Shown here one piece after another: positions 39,992-48,071 of a stretch of 64,000 nucleotides of DNA. Origin of the DNA: Gemmatimonadota bacterium (GTDB lineage: Bacteria > Gemmatimonadota > Gemmatimonadetes > Gemmatimonadales > GWC2-71-9). Below the pieces are notes generated by a model. The model saw only the letters and a list, made by a program, of their open reading frames with translations. It was not told where the DNA came from and made no database searches. Where the stretch lies: positions 64,001-128,000 of the forward strand of contig JAZDCY010000011.1 in NCBI GenBank assembly GCA_036679645.1, given 5' to 3'. Numbering within the stretch: position 1 is the stretch's first letter; each line of letters begins with the position of its first letter. The position numbers were made by a program, and so were the translations under genes.

Positions 39992-40989
39992 TGGACAAGC
40001 TGCCGACGGAACTGACCACAACCGGTCCGCTGGCCGTGACGACGCGGTCGCTGGTGAAGCGGTTCGGCCGCACGACAGCGCTGGCGGGCTTGGACCTGGC
40101 GGTGCCGGAGGGTTCCGTCTACGTGCTGGTCGGGCGGAACGGGGTGGGGAAGACGACCACGATCAATGTGCTCCTGGACCTGGTGGTCGCGGATTCGGGC
40201 ACGGCGGAGGTGTTCGGATTGGACACGCGCGCCGAGGGGGCCCGCGTGCGTGCGCAGGTGGGGTATGTCCCGGAGCGGCACGAAGTGGCGTACGGCTGGA
40301 TGCGGGTGGGCGCGCTGATGCGCTACCATGCCGGCTACTATCCGGCGTGGGACGCGGCGTATGCCGACGAGTTGTCGCGACTGTTCGACATCCGCGCGGA
40401 CATCAAGTTCGGCAGGCTCTCGAAAGGCCAGAAGCGCCGAGTGCAACTGCTGCTCGCCCTCGCGCATCGGCCACCGCTGCTCGTGATGGACGAGCCAACC
40501 GACGGGCTCGACCCCGTGATGCGGGAGGAGGCGCTCTCGGCCCTCGCGGCTCATCTGGCGCGCTTCCCGACGACGATTCTGGTCTCGACCCATCAGGTGC
40601 ACGAGATAGAGCGACTGGGGGACCATCTCGGGCTCGTGCGCGCCGGTCGGATCGAGGCGCAATTCAGCCGCGACACGTTGCGCCGCTACCTGCACAGCTA
40701 CCGCCTCGAGGTACCGGACGGGTGGGCGGGCGTGTCGGCGATGGAGGATGTGGTGATCCGCCGGAACGGGTCGGGTCGAGAGATTGCGTGGACGATCTGG
40801 GGCAATGAGGCGGAGGTGACGGAGCGACTTGGGGGCGCGGGGGCAACGGTCCGGCAGGTCGAGCCGCTGACGTTGGAGGACGCGGCGTTGTCGCTCCTGA
40901 CACAGCGCGCGACGTCGAACGGGGCCGATGGGAGTGAGATACTTCAAACGATACCGGCCGGCGTCGGACCGGCGCATGGAGGAGAGTGA
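39988..40989 (+). CDS. ABC transporter ATP-binding protein (YtrB-like)
   Basis: GRNGVGKTT, LSKGQ, MDEPTDGLD. Confidence 0.93.
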   Translation: MMDKLPTELTTTGPLAVTTRSLVKRFGRTTALAGLDLAVPEGSVYVLVGRNGVGKTTTINVLLDLVVADSGTAEVFGLDTRAEGARVRAQVGYVPERHEVAYGWMRVGALMRYHAGYYPAWDAAYADELSRLFDIRADIKFGRLSKGQKRRVQLLLALAHRPPLLVMDEPTDGLDPVMREEALSALAAHLARFPTTILVSTHQVHEIERLGDHLGLVRAGRIEAQFSRDTLRRYLHSYRLEVPDGWAGVSAMEDVVIRRNGSGREIAWTIWGNEAEVTERLGGAGATVRQVEPLTLEDAALSLLTQRATSNGADGSEILQTIPAGVGPAHGGE

Positions 40990-41795
40990 GCATGCGTGCG
41001 AATGTTGCGGTGCGCGAGCTGCGGCCGACCCCCGGGATCGGGGTCTCGTTCCGCCAACAGGCGTGGCTCCTCGGTATGAGTGGCCGCTGGATCCTTCAGA
41101 TCCTGGGTCTTCTGGCGTTACTGATGCTGATCGGCTTGAGCGACGTCCCCCGCGAGGCGCCGCGGATCCTCATCACTTCGATGCTCGCAATACTGGGCGG
41201 CACGACCTGGGCCGTGATGGTGTGGCACGGAGAGGGGCCGGACCGCCGGTCGTATCACTGGTCGCTCCCGGTCCCGAGACCGGCCCATGACCTGGCCCGG
41301 GTGGCCCTGGGTGCGGCGTACCTGCTCGCCATCTGCGCGGTGCTGGCCGGCGCCGGCGCGATTGCGGCATCCGCGAACGGCACGTTCGATCGTTTCGCGG
41401 CGACCGCGCCGGAGGCGTGGGCGAACTTCTTCGTGGCGCCGCTGATCGTCTACCTGTTGGTGACACCCGTGGTGCTCTGGAGCGACTACCCTATCACCCG
41501 CTGGGTGTTCGCGATCTACTTAGGTGGGGGGCTGCTTGCCGCGATCCTCAGCTGGCAGGGGTTCGACCTGCTGGTAGAGGGCCTCGAAAAGATCTTCGAT
41601 GCAGAGAACTGGGGGCTCGCGGCCGCGCTGTTCGCCGGGATCCAGCATGAGGTGAGCGCGTCCATGGGGCTGCCCCCCCTCGTCGACCTGTGGTGGACCG
41701 GCGCGGTGCTGTGGTTCGGGCTGGGCCTCGCGCTCACGGTATTCACCGCGCTTTACCGACCGGACGATCTGCGACGATTGGTGCGCCGCGCGTAG
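40986..41795 (+). CDS. ABC-2-type permease-like membrane protein
   Basis: About 6-7 TM segments, YHWSLPV motif, operonic with the ATPase. Confidence 0.75.
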   Translation: MSMRANVAVRELRPTPGIGVSFRQQAWLLGMSGRWILQILGLLALLMLIGLSDVPREAPRILITSMLAILGGTTWAVMVWHGEGPDRRSYHWSLPVPRPAHDLARVALGAAYLLAICAVLAGAGAIAASANGTFDRFAATAPEAWANFFVAPLIVYLLVTPVVLWSDYPITRWVFAIYLGGGLLAAILSWQGFDLLVEGLEKIFDAENWGLAAALFAGIQHEVSASMGLPPLVDLWWTGAVLWFGLGLALTVFTALYRPDDLRRLVRRA

Positions 41796-41852
41796 GCAAG
41801 TTCTCCACCAGACCAGGTGCCACGAGTCGTTGAGGGCTCAGCCCCGCTCTGT

Positions 41853-42166
41853 CGGCGTAGCGACTCGCCCTCCACGAACGGCATCACGTAGTAGAGGAAT
41901 CCGTCGGCTTCGCCCGAGTCGTACAGGGGTAGGATGTGCGGATGGCTGAGCTGGGCCGCGATCTCGATCTCGCGAACGAACCGCTCCGAGCCGAGGGCCA
42001 CAGCCAACTCCTGCCGCAGCACCTTGACGGCCACCTTGCGGCGGTGCTTTACGTCCTCCGCCAGGTAGACGGTGGCCATCCCGCCGCGCCCGCTGCCGAC
42101 CTCACGCTCAATGGCGTAGCGGTCCGCGAGGGCTGTAGTGAGGCGATTCAGAGGGTCGTCGGCCAC
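41853..42166 (-). pseudogene. Ser/Thr kinase 5' stub (about 105 codons, MADDPLNRL type)
   Basis: Subdomains I-V only (to YVMPFVEGESLR); no HRD or DFG; 2-aa insertion in the Gly loop. Confidence 0.88.
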
Positions 42167-42230
42167 CGCTTGATACTCCTGCAGCGAGTGGGCCCAAGAT
42201 GGGTGACCCGGCGCCGCGTCGCTGGCGGGT

Positions 42231-42268
42231 GACTGCCCCGGAATTGTCCCGGTACGGAGCGTCACTGA
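42231..42268 (+). repeat. 38-bp direct repeat, copy 2
   Basis: GACTGCCCCGGAATTGTCCCGGTACGGAGCGTCACTGA. Confidence 0.9.
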
Positions 42269-42328
42269 GCGGTACGCAGCGTCACATCCTCCCGCCACCT
42301 GCACTTGGAAGTGTGGCGGCGTCTGTAA

Positions 42329-42721
42329 CTACTTGAGTCGCACGAGATGATCCCGAATCCACCGGGCGACGTCTCCCTCTGACGCCTCGCCCGCAGCAAC
42401 CGCGCTGACGATGGCGACTACCTCTGGCTCCTCGACGGCGAGGCCGTGGCCGTTCAAGCCGAGGAAGATCACGGTTGCGAGAAAGGCAATCCGCTTGTTG
42501 CCATCCCGAAAGGGATGGTTCTTCGCGAGCCCGTAGAGATAAGCCGATGCAAGAGAGGCAATGTCTGGTCGCCGCTTGTACGTCCATTTGTGCTGCGGCC
42601 GCGCGAGCGCGGACTCGAGGAGACCTTCATCGCGCAGGCCGGCCAGACCGCCGTGCTCGCGGATCTGGTCGAGATGCACGGCCTCGAGGACAAGGCGCGG
42701 CACCCAGCGCGGCTCTCTCAT
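42329..42721 (-). CDS. doc: Death-on-curing (Doc/Fic) toxin
   Basis: GLRDEGLLESALARP; HPFRDGNKR Doc-type motif. Confidence 0.93.
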   Translation of the reverse strand: MREPRWVPRLVLEAVHLDQIREHGGLAGLRDEGLLESALARPQHKWTYKRRPDIASLASAYLYGLAKNHPFRDGNKRIAFLATVIFLGLNGHGLAVEEPEVVAIVSAVAAGEASEGDVARWIRDHLVRLK

Positions 42722-42727
42722 GCGGCA

Positions 42728-42955
42728 CTATTGCGCCAGTTCGCGCAGCGCGTTCCGATAGCGCTTGGCGGCGTCCGCCGCGACCGCCAGGGCCTCCTGG
42801 GTGAGCGGATCGTAGGGCGTCAACAGGATGCCCTCCGCCGTCTCGACGGCGAGGAGGCTATCACCGGGCTCGAGGCGGAGCCGATCGGCCATGTCTTTGG
42901 GGAGGGTGGTACCGACCGAGCCGCCGACCCGTCGCACTTTGACTCGTTTGACCAT
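42728..42955 (-). CDS. AbrB/MazE-family antitoxin
   Basis: KVRRVGGSVGTTLPK; YRNALRELA; upstream AAGTA...TACTT imperfect palindrome at 42961-42982. Confidence 0.9.
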   Translation of the reverse strand: MVKRVKVRRVGGSVGTTLPKDMADRLRLEPGDSLLAVETAEGILLTPYDPLTQEALAVAADAAKRYRNALRELAQ

Positions 42956-43092
42956 GTCAAAAGTATAATATAAGTGCTACTTACAGACAACGACGTCTAG
43001 CCACAGCAAACGGCGGGAGCGGATCGAGTCCCTCGGCTGTTCGCGAAAGCATAGGCGGGAGTGCCGTTGCTGGTAGCCGGCGCACTGTCGCT

Positions 43093-46000
43093 TCAGCGCC
43101 CCCGCGCCAGCTCTTCTAGTGCCAGCCGCGCCGACGTGACCTGATCGCGCAGTTCCGGGTCGGGATTCGACCAGAGATCGAGGAATTGCCGGTAATACTC
43201 GATGGCCGCTTCCGTGTCACCGCGAGCCTCCGCCAGCTCGGCCAAGCGGCGCAACGCGAACGGCAACTGCACTCGCGCGAAGCCCCATGAACCCGACTCG
43301 GAGGTGAGGCTGGCGTGAACAGCCAACTCGAAGTGAGCAACAGCCGAGTCCGGCTCCGCGAGCTCATCGAACGCCAGCCCGTACATGAGATGAGCGTGCG
43401 TTAGCCATCCGTCTAGCACGTAGCCCAGGCCATCTATTTCGCGTAACGCCGCAACCGCACCGTCCGAATCACGTTGGGCCAACGACCGGGCGGCACGGGC
43501 CATTGCCTCAGCATATTGAACCGTCCACGGAGCTGCACCTGACGGCTCCGGATACGTCTCCCCGAACCGCTCCAGGAGGTCGGCATGTCCGAGCAGCCCA
43601 GCACCGACACCCAGGGTCGTCCGGTAGACCACCCGCTCGAATCCAGTGACGGAATCAGCCGCAAAGCGGTCGAGCGCGGCCTCGAGTCGCGCGCGCGCCG
43701 CCGTCGGCCGCCCCCTCATCTCCTCGGCCAGAGCGACGCCGAGCACCACGTTCGAATAGTCGAGGTACCGGCGCTGCTCGCCGTAGTACCGTCCCGCAGC
43801 CTCCATGCGACCGATGGCTTGGCTCACGCGGCCATGGGTAGCGGAAAGCGACCCGCAAAAGCTGCGGGCGTCGGCGAGGCCCGCGGGACTGCCGGCCTCC
43901 CCCAGCACCGAGTCACACAGCGCATCCGCTCGATCGTAGTCTCCCGACCCGACGGCGTAAGCGCGGGACCAACGTGCGGCTGGATCCGCGAATCCCCGTG
44001 CCCTGGCGGCGGCGATGAGGCTGTCGGCTGCAGCCCACCGTCCCAGGTCAATGGCCGTGTAGATCGCGTTGCTGTACCTCAATAGGCTATTGGGATCGAG
44101 GGTGAGAGCCTTTAGGTAGGTCACATACGCTCGCTCCGTCTCGCCCAGATAAATGATCGCAACGGCCAAGTTGTTTACCGCACGGGAATCGTCCGGGTAC
44201 TGGGCAAGGAGGGCATCGTACACGTCGACGGCACGGTGAATCTCGTACCGTTGATAGTGATAGGTGCCCTCGACATGCATCCGCTCCCGATCCGTCAAGC
44301 GATCGCGCCGCTCGTAGGCCCGCTGCGCGTACTCCCTACCCTGGGCGCGGCGTTCCGAATTGCCAAACGCCACGCCGGCAAGCCGATAAGCCATGGCGAA
44401 GCTGGTATCGAGGCGCGTCGCGGCCACGGCGAGTTCTGCCGCCCGGGGGTAGTCAGCGTCGATCTCCAGAGCTGCCTTCGCCAAGGCGTACCTGCGAAGC
44501 GCTTCCATTGATGTTGTGGTCACTTCAGGAAGCGGACGACTCTGCCGAATCGCAGCGGATGCCTCCCCCAACCGACTTCTCAGCTCGCGCGAAAGCGCCT
44601 CCACACCCTCCAGCAAGCGCTCGGCCCGGGCAGCCGTCCGCACCGCGATCAGCTCCCGGCCGGTACCCGGCTGGATGACGCGAGCGCTGAACACATAGTC
44701 ATCGCCCAGGCGCGCGACCGCCGGCACGAGCACCGCCGCCATCCCTTCCCGCTGCGCGATCTCCAACGCGACAGTCTCATCCAGCTTCGTGGTGTCGGGA
44801 AGCCCCATTCGCCGCAAGACGGGGACGATCTGGTTGCGGCCCCGGACATTGACGTACCGCGATTGCTGGAGATCAACGCTCAAGGCGGTTTGCGCGGCGA
44901 GAGCGATCTCTTTTTCGCTCTCCGGGGCAACGAACTCCGCCAAGACGATCCAAGCTCGCTCCCCGAATGCCTCGCCCGCCGACCCATGGGCCTCCGTCAC
45001 CCGCGCAGAGCCGCGCACCACGATGAGCGTGCTCATCATGCCCAGGACGGCGAACGCCAGCGCGCCGCCCATGATCGCCCGCGGCCAGGTCAGCTGCCGG
45101 ACGATCGGTTTCCCGGTTCGCTCCGGAGCGGGCCGCGGCTGGCGCGCCTCTTCGCGCACGAACGCGGTGGCCAGTACGACGGGAAAACCGAGCAGCAGCA
45201 ATATGAGCGCCGCCGCGTAGACCCACTCGGGCAGCAGGTAGCGCGCGACGATCTGGTCGGCAACCGCCAGCACAGCCCAGGAGGCGACCACGTAGATGGT
45301 GAGAGCGATCATCACGGCGCGTGCGCGGCTGCCGCGGAGCTTCACTGTTGTTGGGGTCGCTGTAGCCACAACCGCCGCCGACTCGCGCCTCGCCAACGCC
45401 TCAGCAAACTGTCCAACCGGGCTGAAGCGGTCCGCCGGCGTCTTCGCGAGCGCACGCGCCACTGCCGCAACTACGTCGGCGGGCACTGCAGGTCTCAGAT
45501 TCGTGATCGCGGGGGCCTCAACCGCCACGTGCTGCTGGATGACGCTCTCCACCGTCGGGCCCGTGAACGGCGGCTGCCCCGCGAGCATCTCGAAGAACAC
45601 GCAGCCCAGCGCGTAGAGATCGCTTCTGCCATCGAGGTCACCACTCCCCACCGCCTGCTCGGGACTCATGTAGCTCGGCGTCCCGATCGCGAGCCCGGTC
45701 TCTGTCAACCGGTCACCACCCGCGGCGCTGATCGCTCGCGCAATGCCAAAGTCCGCTACGACCGCGTGCCCGCTCTCCAGCAGGATATTCTCCGGCTTGA
45801 TGTCGCGATGCAGCACGTCGTGGCTGTGTGCGTAGGAAAGCGCGTCCGCGACTTCGCGTGCGATCTGCACCGCGTCGTCGATGGGGAGTTGCTTTTCACG
45901 ATCGAGCCGGTCTCGCAGTGTCTCGCCTTCCACGAACGGCATGACGTAGAACAGGAAACCGTCGGCCTCGCCCGAATCGAGCAACGGCAGGATGTGCGGG

Positions 46001-46215
46001 TGGGTGAGACGGGCGGTGATCTTGATCTCGCGCAGGAATCGTTCGGGGCCGAGCGCGTGGGCGAGATCGGGCTTCAGCACCTTGAGCGCGACGTGACGCT
46101 CGTGCTTCACGTCTTCGGCCAGGTAGACGGTGGCCATGCCGCCCGCACCGAGTTCGCGTTCGATCCGGTAACGGTCGGCGAGAGCAGTGGTGAGGCGATC
46201 GACGTCGTTGCTCAT
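43093..46215 (-). CDS. Ser/Thr kinase - 3TM - TolB-N-like - TPR receptor
   Basis: HRDIKPEN, DFG, GTPSYMSPEQ; TM bundle; TTTSMEALRRY; TPR helices. Confidence 0.95.
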   Translation of the reverse strand: MSNDVDRLTTALADRYRIERELGAGGMATVYLAEDVKHERHVALKVLKPDLAHALGPERFLREIKITARLTHPHILPLLDSGEADGFLFYVMPFVEGETLRDRLDREKQLPIDDAVQIAREVADALSYAHSHDVLHRDIKPENILLESGHAVVADFGIARAISAAGGDRLTETGLAIGTPSYMSPEQAVGSGDLDGRSDLYALGCVFFEMLAGQPPFTGPTVESVIQQHVAVEAPAITNLRPAVPADVVAAVARALAKTPADRFSPVGQFAEALARRESAAVVATATPTTVKLRGSRARAVMIALTIYVVASWAVLAVADQIVARYLLPEWVYAAALILLLLGFPVVLATAFVREEARQPRPAPERTGKPIVRQLTWPRAIMGGALAFAVLGMMSTLIVVRGSARVTEAHGSAGEAFGERAWIVLAEFVAPESEKEIALAAQTALSVDLQQSRYVNVRGRNQIVPVLRRMGLPDTTKLDETVALEIAQREGMAAVLVPAVARLGDDYVFSARVIQPGTGRELIAVRTAARAERLLEGVEALSRELRSRLGEASAAIRQSRPLPEVTTTSMEALRRYALAKAALEIDADYPRAAELAVAATRLDTSFAMAYRLAGVAFGNSERRAQGREYAQRAYERRDRLTDRERMHVEGTYHYQRYEIHRAVDVYDALLAQYPDDSRAVNNLAVAIIYLGETERAYVTYLKALTLDPNSLLRYSNAIYTAIDLGRWAAADSLIAAARARGFADPAARWSRAYAVGSGDYDRADALCDSVLGEAGSPAGLADARSFCGSLSATHGRVSQAIGRMEAAGRYYGEQRRYLDYSNVVLGVALAEEMRGRPTAARARLEAALDRFAADSVTGFERVVYRTTLGVGAGLLGHADLLERFGETYPEPSGAAPWTVQYAEAMARAARSLAQRDSDGAVAALREIDGLGYVLDGWLTHAHLMYGLAFDELAEPDSAVAHFELAVHASLTSESGSWGFARVQLPFALRRLAELAEARGDTEAAIEYYRQFLDLWSNPDPELRDQVTSARLALEELARGR

Positions 46216-46216
46216 A

Positions 46217-46256
46217 CCACACGTCGCTTTAGCGACATCAGCCGAGCCGCGACTTT
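46217..46256. repeat. Tandem-hairpin element, copy 3 (second hairpin cut at its loop)
   Basis: CCACACGTCGCTTTAGCGACATCAGCCGAGCCGCGACTTT, then kinase-stub sequence. Confidence 0.9.
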
Positions 46257-46306
46257 CGGTAGCGGTCGGCCAGTGCTGCGGTCAGGCGATTGAGGTCGTC
46301 GGCCAT
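46256..46306 (-). pseudogene. Ser/Thr kinase 5' stub (17 codons, MADDLNRL type)
   Basis: MADDLNRLTAALADRYR|. Confidence 0.8.
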
Positions 46307-46476
46307 CGCTGCGTATTCCCTGCTGCGAGTGGGCCTAACATGGGCGCCCCGGCTCCGCGTGGCTAGGCGGGCGACTGTCCCAACGAGCCGCAGCCTTCAG
46401 CGTCGGAGCCGCTTCTGGCACACCGGCTGCGCGGATTTGATCACGTCGCCAGGCCGAGCGTACGTTACGTTGGGAC

Positions 46477-46764
46477 ATGCCCGTGACCGCGAAGCTGTCC
46501 CGCGAATTCTACGACCGCTTTGGCGACAAGGTCGTCGACGAGCTGGTGGGGTTGCTCAACGACATGGACGCAACGTTCCGGGCCGAGTCGCGGGAATTGA
46601 ACGATCAGAACGTCCGGCGTTTCGAGGCCCGGCTCGAGCAGCACGCGGCAGAGTTGCGTGTGGAGCTGGCGGCGCTCAAGGCTGAGCTGATCAAGTGGAT
46701 GTTCCTGTTCTGGCTGGGCACGGTCGCCACCATGCTTGGGATCGGGCAGTTGCTGATCGGCTAA
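46477..46764 (+). CDS. DUF1640-like coiled-coil protein with C-terminal TM
   Basis: LKAELIKWMFLFWLG C-terminal signature. Confidence 0.75.
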   Translation: MPVTAKLSREFYDRFGDKVVDELVGLLNDMDATFRAESRELNDQNVRRFEARLEQHAAELRVELAALKAELIKWMFLFWLGTVATMLGIGQLLIG

Positions 46765-46827
46765 CGGATACGGTCAGCAATGAGCGGTGTCGTCTCGTCA
46801 GGCATCCTCAACATCGCGAGCAATGGT

Positions 46828-47220
46828 CTACCACCTAGAGACCGCTACGTCGGTCTGTGAGAAATCGTCACCTACGAAGAGTAGGGGCTCATCGCGGGCC
46901 ACCGACAGCGCATAGCTGAAGCAGTCTCCGAAATTCAACCCCGCCGGGTGTCGTCCGCGACCGAACCGCAAAGCTGCGTCGCGGGCGAGGTACGCCTGCT
47001 CCTCGCCGACGGGGACCACTTCGGCGCCGATTCCGCGCAGTAGGCGGTCGAGTTGCGGTTCGCCGGCCTCGCCAAAGCGTCCCAGGAGAACGAGTGCGGC
47101 CTCGACCACGGTCGCCGCCGACACGAGTCTGGTCGCGTCGGCTTCAACGGCCGCCACGAGCCGACCCGCAGTGGGCTCGCGAGTGAGGATCCCTATGAGG
47201 GCCGACGTGTCGATGACCAT
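46828..47220 (-). CDS. vapC: VapC PIN-domain toxin
   Basis: MVIDTSALI, LNFGDCFSYA, LLFVGDDF. Confidence 0.93.
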   Translation of the reverse strand: MVIDTSALIGILTREPTAGRLVAAVEADATRLVSAATVVEAALVLLGRFGEAGEPQLDRLLRGIGAEVVPVGEEQAYLARDAALRFGRGRHPAGLNFGDCFSYALSVARDEPLLFVGDDFSQTDVAVSRW

Positions 47221-47223
47221 GAG

Positions 47224-47475
47224 TCAGCGCGGGAGACCGTGGTCGTCGTAGTCGAGGATCTGCTCGGCGGATCGTGCATCCAGCACGGGAAGCCGAGCGA
47301 GTCGCTCCTGGACCCGCCGGATTTCGGCTCCGACGCGCCCGCGGGACAGCCGGGTTTCACGTTCGAGACGCTCGCGTAGTGCCATGCGAATCGCCTCAGT
47401 CAGCGATTCGCCGGTGGCTGCGGCGAGCGCTCGGGCGAGGCGGTCCGTCTCGGGGTCTTTGATGCTTAGTGCCAT
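47224..47475 (-). CDS. vapB: VapB antitoxin (Rv0623-like)
   Basis: [27 protein letters not shown]...YDDHGLP; AT-rich TCTAG/TCTAT repeat operator at 47477-47510. Confidence 0.9.
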   Translation of the reverse strand: MALSIKDPETDRLARALAAATGESLTEAIRMALRERLERETRLSRGRVGAEIRRVQERLARLPVLDARSAEQILDYDDHGLPR

Positions 47476-47606
47476 TTCTAGTCTTCTATATGAATATCTA
47501 TAAATCTAGACTACTTGAGTACGGCGCGCAAGGAGGAGGGAACCAAGGAGGCAAGAGGGAACGTGTTCTCTCATGAGCGGTCACCCGCAGTGAACGGGTC
47601 TACCAA

Positions 47607-47874
47607 CCCATCGCGATCTGGTCACCCGACGGCAGCCGGCTGGCGGTCGTGGACTACGACTACCCGACGGACAGTTACGACTTGCAGCTGGTCACGTGGC
47701 CGGGGGGGGGGGGGGGAATGGCGTCAGCTCACGGAGACGCCAGACGCCATCGAGTTAGGCCCGGTCTGGACGCCGGACGGTACGCAGATTGTCTACACAT
47801 ACCAAACGACAACCGCCCGGATCATCTCCGTTTCGCTGGCGGAGCTGTTGGCGGAGACTGGAGACGAGGAATAG
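47607..47874 (+). pseudogene. TolB/PD40 beta-propeller C-terminal remnant, frameshifted at a G15 tract
   Basis: WSPDGSRLAVV...WPGG / EWRQLTETP...PVWTPDGTQIVY in two frames joined at G15 (47702-47716). Confidence 0.7.
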
Positions 47875-47886
47875 GCCGGCCGGCGG

Positions 47887-48051
47887 TTACGTCTTGCGGC
47901 GATCCTTCTCCTCCCGCCGCTCCTCCTCCCGCCGATCGGCGCCCGACCGCCGGTCGACGTGCACGTCGTCCGTAGATGTTCTGCGCTCGCCCTCTCGGAT
48001 GGGTTCCTGACGACGCTCCTTCCCGCCGCGCCGCTCTGGTGTATCGGTCAT
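47887..48051 (-). CDS. 54-aa (D/E)RR-repeat microprotein
   Basis: MTDTPERRGGKERRQEPIREGERR...DRRSGADRREEERREEKDRRKT; AAAGGA RBS. Confidence 0.6.
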   Translation of the reverse strand: MTDTPERRGGKERRQEPIREGERRTSTDDVHVDRRSGADRREEERREEKDRRKT

Positions 48052-48071
48052 GCCAGCCCTTTCCTTTCTAT

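Noticed and set aside
36313..46256. Hairpin repeats read as a CRISPR array or integron attC sites
   Set aside because: Only three copies, kilobases apart, with no spacers or cas genes; no GTTRRRY/RYYYAAC ends and no integron integrase.
44863..46293. Long antisense ORFs (e.g. 44863-46293 +, 39619-40977 -, 14741-15937 +, 20279-21313 +)
   Set aside because: Shadow frames of well-supported genes in high-GC DNA; no recognisable motifs.
36106..46306. Diversity-generating retroelement (TR/VR) explanation for the kinase duplicates
   Set aside because: No reverse transcriptase in the window; the repeats are 5' ends and the differences are not visibly adenine-specific.
32672..48000. Intact prophage or ICE integrated at tRNA-Phe
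   Set aside because: No integrase, structural or conjugation genes, and I found no duplicated tRNA 3' end by eye.
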